NCBI GenBank assembly: GCA_964016885.1
Contig: OZ024743.1
Span: forward strand, 362,080,001-362,144,000
DNA from: Eledone cirrhosa
Lineage: Eukaryota
DNA length: 64,000 nucleotides
Reading direction: 5' to 3'
A program made the position numbers and the translations under genes. Shown in pieces: positions 41,165 through 54,948 of the stretch (positions are counted from its first letter, which is position 1; each line of letters begins with the position of its first letter). The notes under the pieces were generated by a model. That model saw only the letters and a list, made by a program, of their open reading frames with translations. It was not told the DNA's origin and made no database searches.

Positions 41165-43777
41165 AATCTAAGATAAGTCACCTTTTAAACGATCATGCCG
41201 CCACTCAAGCTAGGCAATGTGAATGTACGTGACTTGGGGTTACCTGCTCAACGGCCTTAGGTTACTGGACATAGATATGGTGGACATTTGCGATACCAGA
41301 GTTTCCGACGCGCGACCCTTCGCACCTAATTTGATCGGCTACGAAGTGGACGCACCTCCGAGCCGTCCACGATCTTGAGGTGGAGTTGCCGTGTTGTTCC
41401 GGGAATCCCAGGACCTCACAATACGGTGGCATGTTACTCAATCCCAAGCAAATATGTGCGGTTTTTCAGCAACACTTTCACCAATTGTTCGGGAGAAGCG
41501 GCGAGCCAGATAGCCAGATGGATTTCACTGCCTATCTCGACGGACTGCCGCAGCAATCGTAGACGGAGGTGGAGTGTTGCGAAAACCAATAACAGCCGCT
41601 GAAATACGGGAGGCAATGACCGGCTGCACGATGGGTAAATCGTCCTACGAGTTTGCGCAACCATACCAGATTTGTTCGGCAACATCTTTGCAGACGTCAA
41701 CGCCAGCTGGCAGCAAAATGGGTGAATTCCCAGATCTGAGAACTTAGGAGTGGTGGCAATGCCGAGATAGGACGCGAACAAAATGGTTTTTATCGATAAT
41801 TTTAGATAATGTAGTGTTCAAAATATTGGCCAAGGTGTTAGCGATGAGGTTAGCGCTTGTCGGCGATGGTCTTTTAAGGGAGGCGCAGACATGTGCCTTT
41901 CCCAAGAGATCGATCCAGTACAAACTCCACCCTATGCGATATATCATAATGAGGGTCACTAATGAACCTGGCACGGGTGAGTCACTGATCATCTTAGATC
42001 AATCGAAAGCATTCGATAAGTTCGACTTTCGGTACTTGGAGCCATTCCTCAAAGCAGAAGGCTTTGAGTCCGTTTTTAGATGGTGGATCGCTGCTATGTA
42101 CATCGAGATCTGCTCTTTGGTTAGAGTGATCTGTCACCTCTCGGTCCCGGCTCTCGATATGCCATGGCTGTCCCCTCTCGTCTCTGTTGTATATGTTGAC
42201 CCTCGAGCCAGTACTGCAAATATTAGGGACTTTGAGGGGCATCCCGCGTGAACTAGGATATGGAAGATCTGCGTCAGTTTATGCTGATGACGTCACCATT
42301 GTAGTGTCGAACACGAAGCACATTGAGGTGATCGACGCTGCTCTGACTGTTCTGAGGGAATATGAAGCGTTGACAGGAGCGAAAATTAACCAGGAAAATT
42401 CGCTGTGACTGCAACTCGACACCTGGAGAGACAAGCCCATGCCATCCATCAGCGTTGTAGGACGGTGTTCAAACGAACCGCTTCAATTGCTTGGGGTATG
42501 GATCGATCCGGAACTCCAGATGGACAAATACTGGAAAAACAGAAATACTGAAAGGTAGGCAGAGTTAGTGAACGCGTTCATCCCGACCGTCATCTACTAC
42601 CCTTTCCTTGTCACAAACCCCGTCTGACTGTACTGGAGCGTTTCCACTTCCGTTTCTTGTAAAACGGACGCCTTCGATAAAAAGGCAGTCCATCTGCTCT
42701 CAACACCCGCTCAAAACACGGGACTTGGAATGTCAAACGTGCTATGGCTACGATATTTCCTTTCCATCTTTTCCTTAACGGTGAACAGGTTTGATTGCCA
42801 TTCATGAAATGCATGTTCCCCAAGATCATCTCCTTAACGAAGCTGCAGTCCTGGGTTAAGAGGAGACCGAGATTGAGCACTTGGAAACTGTAAATTCTTT
42901 AGGCGCAGACAGCCCCCTACCAATCAAGCAGAATGATCGTTGGAAACTCCACTTTGGCGTTCTATAGATGGTTAGTGTCGGATGAAAGCGGTGAAGTACT
43001 TGAAGAAACTCCAAGCATCGACGAAAATCAACTAACCAATCTATTCCAGATAACTTTCGGGTCGGGCCCCATGGACAATTTCCAGAAATCGCTTAACTGG
43101 CAGTGCTACCGAGGAGTGTTGCCAGTTTGGGATAAACTCCATAAGCCTGGGAATGCCACCAGCTCTCCTGCACGCACACGTCCAGTGTCCGAGGATTGCT
43201 GACTTGTGGGTTTATGTCGAACAACTGCTGTCGCGTGTAGGATGGATCCGGCTATCACTTATGTCCATCATGAAGATTGCCCTGCCGAAATCCTTTAGCC
43301 GGGAAGGACAGGCAGTGTTTATCTACTTGGTGGCCATAGTGAGAATGTCATGTAGTTGACATGTTTGAAAGGGTTGAAGATGAACACCTACCTCTTTGGC
43401 TAAGCCCTGATTAACTTTTTAAAATGTCATTTGAAAAGGAAAATCTGCAATTTGAGAGAGGCGAGCATAGCCCGATTGAATGGGCCTGCTCTGAGTATGC
43501 ATATATGGATTAGAGGTGGAAAGCTGTGAGGGAGCATGCCCTCGTGGTCAGTGAGTGTCACCTTGGGTTTTTGTGGGTTTTCTCCTCGAGTAACCCTCGA
43601 AAGTCTCCACCTATTGAAGAATTTTAATCGGTTTCGTTTTTTTTGTTGTTGTTTTTTTGTCAGATCATGTTTTTTGATGTTTTTGTTTTTACACGCAGAA
43701 ATGCCCATTGCTGTCCTTCACGTTATGATTTGTGTCAACCCTTCTGGTTAATAAAGAAAACATTCTTATTATTATTG
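41165..43777 (+). mobile_element. Decayed, internally deleted Tx1-family copy D (ORF2 and 3' UTR)
   Basis: FKILAKVLAMRL, LDQSKAFD, SVYADDVT, MDNFQKSLNWQCYRG, and a 3' AATAAA. Confidence 0.85.
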
Positions 43778-45344
43778 CTATGTTACGCAGTGCAACTGGA
43801 TAATGCACCGAGGGATTTTGTCATCAGGCAGATAATATTTTCCTCAAAATGTGCAAAGCCTTTTCTATGAGACCCAACCAGTATTGTATTCCCAGTCACT
43901 TTAAAAAGCCTTGAATTTCAATGGAATTAACCCTAGTGTCCCAATCAGAACAGGTGTACCTTTCACATTCCCCTCTTGCATCGCAAATAGTCTTGCGAAC
44001 TACATTTTCAATTCAGAGTATTTGGTGTTTTTATTTTTATTTATTTATTTTTGTTCAGTCCTCTTACTTGCAATGTTCGTGTTATTTTAAATGGTCACGT
44101 CTTGTATCTGACAGTATTTGTTTTCTTGTTCAATATGACAATGTCCGGTCGGCGATGCTGAATTATTCTATCAGTTTGAAAATTATGATCCCAGAATATC
44201 GTTGCTTTCCTCCTACATTACGTTTACAAGGCACATGCTCATACTAATTCCCTATGACTTTATAATGGCATTTACGGCACAATAAAGTTATAGACAGATT
44301 TATCATGGCGGTGCTTGTATTCTTTTTGTGCAAGGCCCTCACATCAACTTACCAATTGGGTCACATTTTCCACATTGTTTCTACAGAGCTGTATTTTTTA
44401 GATCATATATTTCATCAAATTAGTAACAAGAGCTTGATCTTGCGCTGCGACTATAAGGTTTTCAGTAGCACGTTTCAAATCACCTCTCTTAAGCCATGTC
44501 GACAATGTTATTTTATCTTTGTTATACTATGTATTTCTCTCAAACTGGTCATGCATTCTCATTCCTAGATCTTTTCGTTTCTCTTCAGCTCTGTGTTTAA
44601 AATCTTCATTTCCAACCATTATATCCATATCTTCTGTTGCATATTGAAACAACACTTCGTCACTCTTTACCAAATATCCTGTTAGCGATCTCCTTTCACT
44701 CCTTATACAATGATCCACACTGATGAGGCCTTTGTCATCCTTCTTTCTCTTTAGGTATAGTCTATTAATATTTATTTTCAATCCAATTTTGCTATTTCTT
44801 TTTCAGTACAACGAAGAGATACATTATATCTAACCACTGCAACTTCCCAGATATTCATTGCAGTGAGCAGATTTCTTTTATTTCTGCTAGCAAAAGATCC
44901 TCTAGCACTAAGATCCTCAAATATTTATATTCTGGTTCTCTCATGGTTTCTCCCTCTGTCAGTCGTAAACATCCATAAACAGAAGGTGGTTTATGAATGG
45001 CCCTAGTTTTCCAAATTGGATGCACATTTTCATTTTTCTGAGTGTGAGTGATATAGATATCAGAGTTATAACAAATAGGAACGGTGAGATTGAGTTCCCA
45101 CGGAAGATATTTCTTTAAATTTCTAATTCTTCCAGAAAGTCGTTGCTTGAGTATAACAACCGCAGGCGTTCACCAATCCATAAATGGGGCACCATGCCAT
45201 ATATCTTCTTAAAGTCAATCAAGATCATAGACATGTTTATGTAATGTTTCTTACAATGCAACAAAACTGACAGGTGATCCATGGTAATCTTAGACTTCTT
45301 CCTACATCCCCTTTGTCCCGGTTATTCCTATATCCTTCATTCCA
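43778..45344 (-). mobile_element. Decayed R4/Dong-like LINE (restriction-like endonuclease type), 3' part
   Basis: INRLYLKRKKDDKGLISV..MHDQF and a CRKCGK remnant, bounded by TAA repeats on both sides. Confidence 0.6.

Positions 45345-45412
<68 letters not shown>
45345..45412. repeat. (ATT)n microsatellite
   Basis: Tandem trinucleotide run. Confidence 0.97.
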
Positions 45413-45413
<1 letters not shown>

Positions 45414-45629
45414 GGCGACCTGCGTAGGAAATTTTATCATCGTGAGCTCCGCAAAGCTTTGTTGTTTTTGTTTGTTTAAAATTGGCATTTATAGAAAATT
45501 TTTGTTGTTAACTGTTTATAAGGTCACAAAATTTGCTTTCGGAAAAGGACACTCAAAAAGATTGGGGCCTTGAGCCCAAAATTTAAACTTTTATAATCAT
45601 CAAAAAAGAAATTATCTCGTGACATCGAA

Positions 45630-47430
45630 ATGGATTCACCCAGAATGGCCTCTTCCACACCGAACACTACTGACGCCACCACTACCACAACTGAAACTAA
45701 AAATAACAATAACAAAAATAACAGCAACACCAACAACAACAATGAGAATAACAACCAAACCACCGTGTCTTTTGCCAAAGCAGCAAAAAAGTGCGAAGCA
45801 ATCCAGGTAACTCAGGAGGAATTAGATGAAGCCAAGAGACTGGTAAAGAGAGATGTGTACAGGGTCACCCCCTCCCCCCCCCCACCTAATGAAATGGAGC
45901 ATCGGACGATTAACATAAAATTGCGCCGAGTGGAACGGGCATCCGAGTCCCGAATCCAAAAAGCTTTGGGACATGTGTGGGCTAAAAAGCCCCACATCAG
46001 ACGTGGGCAGAAATATGGATCCGTGGCCCCATTAAGAAGTGACGACTTCACACTTGTCCCAACTATTGTGGCCAGAGACTCGTGAAGAGCAGGGTGACCC
46101 ACGTTCCACCGGCATCGAAATTCCCTAGCTAATGGCTGCCGTCCTCGCTGGCATCGAGGTCAACACCAAGAGAATCGAAATAGAAAAAGAAAAGCAGGAG
46201 AACTGGTCCGTATCTGGGATGGAGCTCCTGATCCAAGCGGACCAAAAAAGCATTGAGGAAATCCCAGAAGTAATAGACCTCACTGACGGCAGCCACCTCA
46301 CAGTAATCGTCGAGGGCAGAAGGCCTAGGTGTGTCGTTTGTGGTGAAGGAACCCACCTAAGGGTTTCTGCCCTCAGGCTAAAAGGTTGCGGCCACCTCTC
46401 TTACCCACCCCAGTGACTCAACGATCAACACCACCACCAGCAGAAATGGCAGCAACAACTGTAGCAGCAACAACAGAAGCAAATGGGACAGCAACAACCC
46501 CAGCAACAGTAGCACAACCAACACCACCACCACCCAACGCGCCAGAACTAGCACCAGCGCCTACACCATCCACCACGCCACAACCAAAACCGACGCCTGT
46601 GGAGGATTTTCTACTCCCCGACCTAACGCAACTGGAAACAGATTGTGACGACGAGGAGTGGGAAACGGTATCAGGAACAAAAAAAAAGAAAAAGAAGCCA
46701 AAAGAGAAAAAAATCCTTTTCCTTCCCCCTCTAAAAACAAAATACAGAGGGAAACAAATGAACTATCAACAAAAAAATTAGGACAGCCATGCCACCATCC
46801 ACACCAGCATCACCAACCCCATCACCACAAAGACCAACACCATCACCATCATTAACCCCAACTCCACCATCACCAACACCACAAAAGTCACCAAAAAGCG
46901 AAACAGAAACAAACCCACAACAAACGCAAGCAAAACAAAGCAACCAAAACGATACACACTACACAACATTAAATTGGCAGTATCGGTAGAGGGTCGGACG
47001 CCATGCTTTGACGCATAGAGTTACGGCCCTTGCCATTCTGAGTTCAAATCCAGCCGCGGCTAACTTTGCCTTTCATCCTTACGGGGTCGATAAAATAAAG
47101 TACCAGTAATACACTGGGATATTGCTGGCCTTGTGCCAAAAGTAGAAACAATTAAATTTGAACAACAACCAATTATTACATTACACCCAACACAACACCA
47201 GCATCACAGAAAAAGACTACACAACACCCCAAAAGTTCACACCACCTCCACGCATACAAATCACTCGCATCACACAGAAAACGTACACGACACTAAAACA
47301 AATCCCCAAAGACATCGGAGACTTCCGACAAGCACTCTCCAGGAGGATTTATAAGGACATCCTTCCGGAGGAGACCACAAGCAGTGAAAAGGATGGAGAA
47401 ACCATTCTTCCTCTACGAGAAGTAAGGTAA
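45630..47430 (+). pseudogene. Tx1 ORF1, frameshifted and SINE-interrupted
   Basis: VSFAKAAKK, VEGRRPRCVVCGEGTHL, a Pro-rich tail, ending ..LREVR*. Confidence 0.82.
46970..47152 (+). mobile_element. tRNA-SINE nested in Tx1 ORF1
   Basis: Family copy flanked by attaaatt direct repeats. Confidence 0.88.
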
Positions 47431-47464
47431 GTGGTCTTTCCCATCTTTTCCACTCCATTTCAAC

Positions 47465-50426
47465 ATGAACTCACTCAGAATAGGCAGCATAAATGCGCGT
47501 GGCTTGGGGTCGTCATAGAAGCAGGGCCACCTGCTCAACGATCTCAGGTCACTAAACATGGATGTAGTGGCCATCAGCGAGACCAAAATCGCCGAAACAC
47601 GGGCCTTCGCATCGATCTTCGGCAGCTACCTTGTGTACGCATCTCCCAGCCGTCCTGGATCGGGGGGAGTAGTTGCTGTGCTTTTTCGGAGAGGTTTGGA
47701 TGTCGCCATACGGGCCATCTTCCTGGACCCAGAAGGTAAGTTGGTGGAGTTGGACGTGACCAGCGGAGACGGGCAAGCTTTCAGACTAGTGGCCGTCTAT
47801 GCCCCGGAGAGGAGCAGTGTGGCCTGATTTCTTCCGGCGTCTGGAGACCTTTCTACGAACGCTCTTTAGTGGGCGACTGGAACGGGATCTTAGATGCACG
47901 TTGGGACTGTGTGGGATTAGCGGATTGGGGAGGAGGGTGCAAGAGCCTCACCAACCTGCTCAGTCGTTTTGAACTGTCTGACAGGTACCGATTGGATTTC
48001 CCGAATATGCCAATGTGGACTTGGACAAATCGCATAGGGTCATCCAGATCATATCTAGATAGAATATTTTGTAGGGAAATAGATAGGTCTAGCATAGGCT
48101 GTCCACAATTCAAGATAGTCAGCTACACGGACCACAAATTCGTGATCTGTGTGCTTGACCTAGATAAGCTTCATAGACGAGGACCCGGCTACTGGAAGCT
48201 AAACGCGTCCTTACCAGCGCGCAAGGCCTACAGAGACCGGATTAGCGAACTAGTTAAGCGGGCGTTGACGGGGGCCATCGTAAACAACAAGTGGTGGTTT
48301 GCTCTGAAAAGAGCGATTAGAATAGAGTCCATTAGGTTTAGTAAGGCTTTAGCAATAGAGCAAAATTGAGCAGAGGGAGAACTAGTTAGAAAATTAGACG
48401 AGGCGCTTAGCAAAAGCATCGCGACCGACGTGCTTGCGGCGAAATTGGCCCTTGACCAATTCTTCAATGCAAAGCACGAAGGCTGCGTTGTCAGAGCTAG
48501 GGTGCGTGCTCTCAGACACGAGGGGACGAAAGCCGTTAAATGGGCCCGAGTGGCGGAGGCGCGTCGTGGCAACAAAGTCACGATCCGGTCTTTGCTGGAC
48601 CACGACGGGCGCATGCTACTCGATCCCGGGCAAATGTGTGAAGCTTTTCAGCGACACTTCGCACAGCTGTTCGGGGGCAGCGGCGGGCCGAATCGAGGGA
48701 TGGACTTTAGTATCTACCTCGACAGACTGCCGCGGCTCTCGGCCACTGGGGCGGAGTGTTGCGAAAAGCCGATAACAGCCGCTGAAGTACGGGAGGCAAT
48801 GACTGGCTGCACAAGGGGTAAATCGCCTGGTTTGGATGGTCTGCCCTATGAACTTTACGTACAGATGCCACACTTGTTCGGAGGCCTCTTGGCGGACGTC
48901 TACTGCAACTGGCAAAAGAACGAGAGAATTCCCAGCTCTGTGAGCCGAGGAGCTGTGGCGCTGCTGAGAAAGGATCCGAACAAGGGGGATAACATAGATA
49001 ATTTCAGGCCCATAACTCTGCTAAACACAGGGTTCAAGATTTTGGCCAAGGTGACGCGGAAAGGCTGTGTCAGCTTATGCGGACGACATCACCGTGATGG
49101 TGTCGGACACCTCAGAAATCGAGGTGGTCGGCAAATTATTGGAGGAATATGAAAGGTTGACGGGAGCAAAACTTAACACGGAAAAGTCAGTGGGCTTGCA
49201 ACTCGGCACCTGGAGAGGCAAGCCGATGCCGTCCAACAGCGTCGTTTGGCGCTGGACGGACGGACCGGTAAAGTTGCTAGGGGTTTGGTTCGGGCCAGAC
49301 CTCCAGGTGGATAAGAATTGGGACGAGGTGACGGGCATGGTAGTCAGTCTCACCCAGAAATGGGCTGGCATGAAGCTATCACTGAAAGGTTGGGCGGAGG
49401 TGGCGAACGCGTACATCGCGTCCGTCATCTACTACCGTCCGACTGTCGTCCCTTGCCCCCGTTGACGCCGCGCCATCTTGAAGCGGCTCCTCTTCAAATT
49501 CTTGTGGGGGGCTCAGGTTCCGCTGGTGAGGCGGTCCATCTGCTGCCAGCACCCTCTACGTGGAGAGCTGGGCATGCCGTGGCTAATGATGCGCAGGCAC
49601 GCGCTGAGGCTGCGTCATCTCCAGATATTCTGCCTAAACGGTGAACAGGTGTGGTCGCCGTTTGTCAGACGGGCCTTTCTGCATCTCGTTTTTTTGACTG
49701 AGTTGCAGTCCCGGGTCAAGAAGAGACCGAGACTGGGTGACTGGCATCTGGAATGTTGCCACGCACTCACTGCCCTCTACTAGGCGGGCAATGCGGTCAG
49801 TGGAACTTCTACTCTCTAGTTCTATAGAGGATTAGTGGTGGGCTAGTGCGACGATGCACTCGGAGAGGCTCTGGGAGTCAACGAAGTCGAACTAACCAGT
49901 CTGTACCGGAGGACTTTCGAGCCAGGGACGATGGATAATTTCCCAAAATCCCTCGCTTGGCAGTGCTACCGGGGGGCACTGCCAGTTCGATATAAACTCT
50001 ACAGGCACAGAAGTGCTGTCAGACGGACCTGCCCGAGATGCGCGCAGAGCGACGAAACCATTCTGCACGCACTCGTCCAGTGTCCGTGCATTACTGACTT
50101 GTGGAGTTATGTTGAACAGCTGTTGTCTCGTGTAGAACGGATCCGGCTATCGGCCGAGTCCATAGTGAAGATCGACCCGCCGCCTTCTTTTGGCCAGGAA
50201 GGGTAGGCAATTGTCCTCTGTCTGGTGGCAGTAGCGAAAGAGGTTGTATGGTGGACTAGGTTGAATGAACTGAAGACAGTCCCTCATCATCCTTTTCAAG
50301 TTTTACTTGGAAAGGAAGATGAGGGTGGACTGAGAAGTGCTGCCCCCCAGTACATTTGCTGAAAGGTGGATGAATGTGGCGAGAAAGGCCCGTGTGAGTG
50401 GGCCTACTCTGGTCATGCGGCTGTAG
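47465..50426 (+). pseudogene. Tx1 ORF2 with stops and an RT-core deletion near 49050
   Basis: MNSLRIGSINARGL, GDWNGILD, YTDHK, KSPGLDG. KILAKV is joined almost directly to SAYADD. C-terminal CPRCAQSDETILHALVQC. Confidence 0.9.
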
Positions 50427-51315
50427 GTAGGTAAATTTGAGGAGGAGAGGGGTGCCCTTCCAGGGTGCTCTCGAAGCGTCGGGTCGTTCAGGACTGGTGG
50501 GGTACCTGAGCGAACCCTAGGTGGTCATCCCTCCTATTGGGGAATTTTTTCTTGTTGTAATTTTCTTGTTACTATATTGTTACTTTGTTATTGTTACTTT
50601 GTTATTGTTATTCATATTGTTTACTCGATTTTTCTCTAAAACCCTACTGTCCCAGTCTTTAGTATTGTCCCCTATATGTCAGCCCTTGTGGCCAATAAAT
50701 TGAAATCATTATTATTATTGTTATTATTATTATTATTATTGGTTACTGAATTCCATGGTTGACGGAGGCTCGGCTCTTTGAGGTATTGTAATTTTTAACC
50801 GTTGTAACCATTGTAAATTGTTTAAAACTTGCACCAAATTGTAGATAAAGACACCCTTCTCCTCGTGAGAGGGGTATTTCTGCCCGTTATTTGGCCCTTC
50901 GGGGTTAAATAACAAGTTATTGGGTATTTGTGCCCAATATTCATTTTAAAAAACAACAAAACATGGCTACAGAATAGAATTTTCACAAGTCTGTCCCACT
51001 CCTTCCTCAATCGTCATTACGTCATAGAAAATATTGTCTCTCCCCCTCCCTTCTCTAAATGTGGTATAATCCCTGTCGCCTCTTTCGCAAGCGACGCCAT
51101 TAAAGAAAAAGAAAAATGTAGTTTCTCGTAGCGTTCTTCAAGAGAACGCGCGTACCGTGGAACATTTCTCCACGACGACGACGACGAAAGATGTGTGCGG
51201 TAAATACGGAAAGCCATTTCATTCGTCTGACGTCATGAAGAATAGCAGCAGCAGCTGTAATAAGAGCAGCAGCAGCAACAGTGGCGAGAAAAATACTAGT
51301 AGCAGCCGCAACAAC

Positions 51316-51610
51316 ATTGTTTCTACTTTTGGCACAAGGCCAGCAATTACCCAGTGCATTACTGGTACTTTATTTTATCGACCCCGTAAGGATGAAAGGC
51401 AAAGTTAACCTCGGCAGGATTTGAACTCAGATCAGAAAGGGGCGTAACTCTGTGCTACAAAGCATGTTGTCCGACCCTCTACCGATACTGCCAAATCACC
51501 AACCTTATAAATAATTGTTTCTACATTTGGCACAAGGCCAGCAATTAACCAGTGTATTACTGGTATTTTATTTTATCGACCCCGAAAGGATGAAAGGCAA
51601 AGTTAACCTA
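51316..51610 (-). mobile_element. Two adjacent tRNA-SINE copies (one full, one 3' half)
   Basis: Reverse-complement family sequence at ~51316-51500 and ~51513-51610. Confidence 0.87.
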
Positions 51611-54600
51611 TAAACAATGAAGAATTACAGGAAGCAAAGAAGATGGTGACGAAAACCGGACACCGAGGAATCTGCAAGGCATCCGAAGAATTTTTCGAAA
51701 TCCAGCAGTACTGTACGGTCACGTACCGTACAGTAAGCACAAAATCACGTAGGGTTAAAAGAGCCACAGAGGCTCAAATACAAAAAGCCTTAGGGTATTT
51801 GTGGTAACGGAAAACGCCTATCACCCGAGGCAAGAAATATGCCACCGTGGACGTGCTTTTTGCCACACCACAGGAGGCAAAGGCTCAATCCTTAGTGACC
51901 ATAAGGAGCGAGAAAATGGTGTTGCTTACCTCCTACTGCGGGCAAAAAATTGTGAGGGTCAAAATGAAGCTATCCCGGATGTGATAGACTTCGATAACGG
52001 CACTCAACTTCCCATAAGTGTTGAGGGCAAACGCCCGAAATGCTTTCGCTGTGGGTCGAAGACTCACCTCAGGACCTTCTGCAATGAGAAGACCCTGAGA
52101 AAGGAGAACCCCCCCCCCCTCATTCCGAAACCGGCTCCACTGCTACCAGCAACAGGACAGGCGGCAAGCAGGAAGGATAGGTCCGTGGCACCCATACCCA
52201 CACCACGGAAATCAAGAACAGCAGCAGAAGTTGAAGTATCAACAACAACAACAGTAATACCAACTGCAACTGAAACAGAGACTCCACTGCAACCATCACC
52301 TACAAGAACAAGTGAAAGAGTGGAGCTGGTACCCCTCCCCGACCTCACAGAATCGCAGAACCAGTGTGGACTAGGAACAACCGCATATGTTCATCTAGAT
52401 CGTATATAGATAAGATCTTCATTAGCAGAAAGTAGGGGGAGCTGGTAGGTAAATTAGATGAGGCTATTTGTAGTGGCATTGTAACTGACGCGCTAGCAGC
52501 GAAAATTGCGTTAGACCATTTCTTCAATGCGAAACACGAAGGTTGCACTGTCAGAGCTAAGGTGCGTGCTCTGGGAAAGGAGGGAACCAAAGCTGTTTGA
52601 TGGAGCCACGTGGCAGAAGCGCAGCGTGGTAACAAAACCACAAATCAGTCTTTGACGGACAAAGACGGACGCGAACTGACCGATTCCAGGCAAATATTGA
52701 GGCCTTTCGCCAGCACTTTACTCGCTGTTTGGGAGGAAAGATGGAAACGGTGGAAACGGTGGCCGACTTCAGTCGCTACCTCAATGGCCTGCCACGCCTC
52801 TTGTAGGCCGACGCTGAGCGCGGCGAAAGGCCGATAACTATAACCAAAATTCGGGATGCCGTAGTCGGCTGCACGAGACGCAAGTCACGGTTTGGAGGGT
52901 TTGCTCTACAAGACATGGCAGACTTATTCTCCGATTTCTCGAAGCGTTCTAATCCAACTGGCAGTAGAACAGGAGTATTCCCAGTTCTGTGAGCCGGGGC
53001 GTAGTGACGCTGATGAGGAAAAACGGGAACAAGAGGGTTACTTTACACAATTTCAGGCCTATAACTCTGTTTAACACAATGTTTAAGATTTTGGCCAAGG
53101 TGTTAGCGAAGAGGTTGCGCTTGTCGTCAAAGAATTGGTTGGGGAGACGTAAACTTGCACAATCACGACCAGGTCCTTACACGTCAACCTCCATCTCATG
53201 CGATACATCATAGAAAGGGTAGGGCGTATACTTGGCTTCAGTAGGGCTCTGATCAATTTAGATCAAGCAAAAACTTTCGACAGGGTCGCACATCGATACC
53301 TGGAGGCTGGTGGCTGCAGTCCCTTCCTCGGAGCTTGGGTAGTTTCAATGCACAGTGGTCAAAATTAATGGCCACTTTTCGGAACCGTTTCAGATTTCCC
53401 GATCGATCCATCAAGGGTACCCTCTCTACTCTCTTCTGTACGTATTGACTCTCGAGCCTTTACTGCGGAAGCTGGAGCTGTTGCAGAGCATCCTGCTCGA
53501 ACCGGGACGTGGAAAGGCTGTGTCGGCTTATTCGAACATCACCTTATTCGAACGAGCAGATCACCTTGGAAGTCGAGGTGATCTGCTCGTTCTTGGAGGA
53601 ATATGAAAGGTTGACGGGAGCGAAGCTTAACCCGGAAAAGTCGGTGGGTTTACAGCTCGGCACCTGGAGAGGCAAGTACATGACTTCCAACAACGGCGTC
53701 GGGCGCTGGACGGACCGGTAAAGTTGCTCGGGGTTTGGTTCCAACCAGATCTCCAGGTGGATAAGAATTAGGATGAGGTGACGATCAGAGTAGCCACTCT
53801 CACGCAGAAGTGAGCCAAGATGTAGCTATCCCTGAATGATCGGGTGGAGGTGGAGAACGCGTATATGTAGTCAAACATCTACTACCGCATGACCATCGTC
53901 CCTTGCCCCCGTTCGCGCTTCACCAAACTGGAACGGCTACTCTTCAAATTCTTTTGGACGGGACAGGTTCTGTTGGACTGAGCTGTAGTCCTGGGTCAGG
54001 AAGAAACCAAAGCTGGGTGCCTGGCGTCTGAAATGTTGCCAGGGACTCGCTGCTCTCTACCAGGTAGGAAATGTGGTCAGTGGAACTTCCACTCTCGAGT
54101 TCTATAAAGGATTAGTAGTGGGTAAGTGCGATGACGCACTCGAAGAGACTCTGAGCATCGACGGAAGACTTTTGAGCCAGTGACGATGGATAACTTCCAG
54201 AAATCGTTCGCTTGGCAGTGCTACCGAGGGGCACTGCCTGTTCGAGACAAAATCTACAGGCACGGAAGTGCTGTCAGACGGACCTGTCCGAGATGTCCAG
54301 AGAGACGAAAGCGTTCAGCAAGCACTTTCCAGTATTACTGACTTGTGGCTTTATGTTGAACAGCTGTTGTCCGTGTAGAATGGATCCGGCTATCGGCCGA
54401 GTCTATAGTGAAGATCGACCTACCGCCTTCTTTTGTCCTGGAAGGGCAGGCAATTTTCCTCTCTCTCTAGTGGTGGTAATGAAAGAGGCTCTGTGGTAGA
54501 CCAGGTTGAATGAACTGAAGACAGTCCCTCATCATCCTTTTCAAGTTTCACTTGGAAAGGAAAATGAAGGTGGAGAGAAAAGTGCTCCCCTACCCCCAGT

Positions 54601-54945
54601 ACATTGGCTAAAAGGTTGGTGAATGTGGCGAGAATGGCCCGTCTGAATGGGCCTACTCTGACCATGCGCCTGTAGGCTGGTTAATTTGAGAGGGAGAGGG
54701 GTACACTTCCCGGCTGCCCCCGAAGCGTCAGGTGATTCACGATTAGTGGGGCACCTGAGTTAACCCTGAATGTTTATCCTCCCTCGCTACCTAGGAACTC
54801 TGTTGTTTGTAATTTTCTTGTTTATTTTTATTGTTTTAATATTTTTTACTCGATTCTGGTGTAAAATCCCTACTGTCCCCGTCTATTGTATTGTCCCCTA
54901 TATGTCGGCCCTTGTGGCCAAAAAATGAAATGATAATAATAATAA
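51611..54945 (+). mobile_element. Decayed Tx1-family copy C with multiple internal deletions
   Basis: ORF1 knuckle VEGKRPKCFRCGSKTHLRTFC joined near 52365 to endonuclease remnants, then RT remnants, 3' UTR and an (ATA)n tail. Confidence 0.87.
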
Positions 54946-54948
54946 TCA

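Larger units (their letters stand above)
45413..50740 (+). mobile_element. Near-full-length decayed Tx1-family copy B
   Basis: 5' UTR, ORF1 remnant, ORF2 remnant, 3' UTR, AATAAA and an (ATT)n tail. Confidence 0.9.

Noticed and set aside
50822-51310. Short ORFs between Tx1 copies as host exons
   Set aside because: No recognisable protein motif or convincing splice structure.
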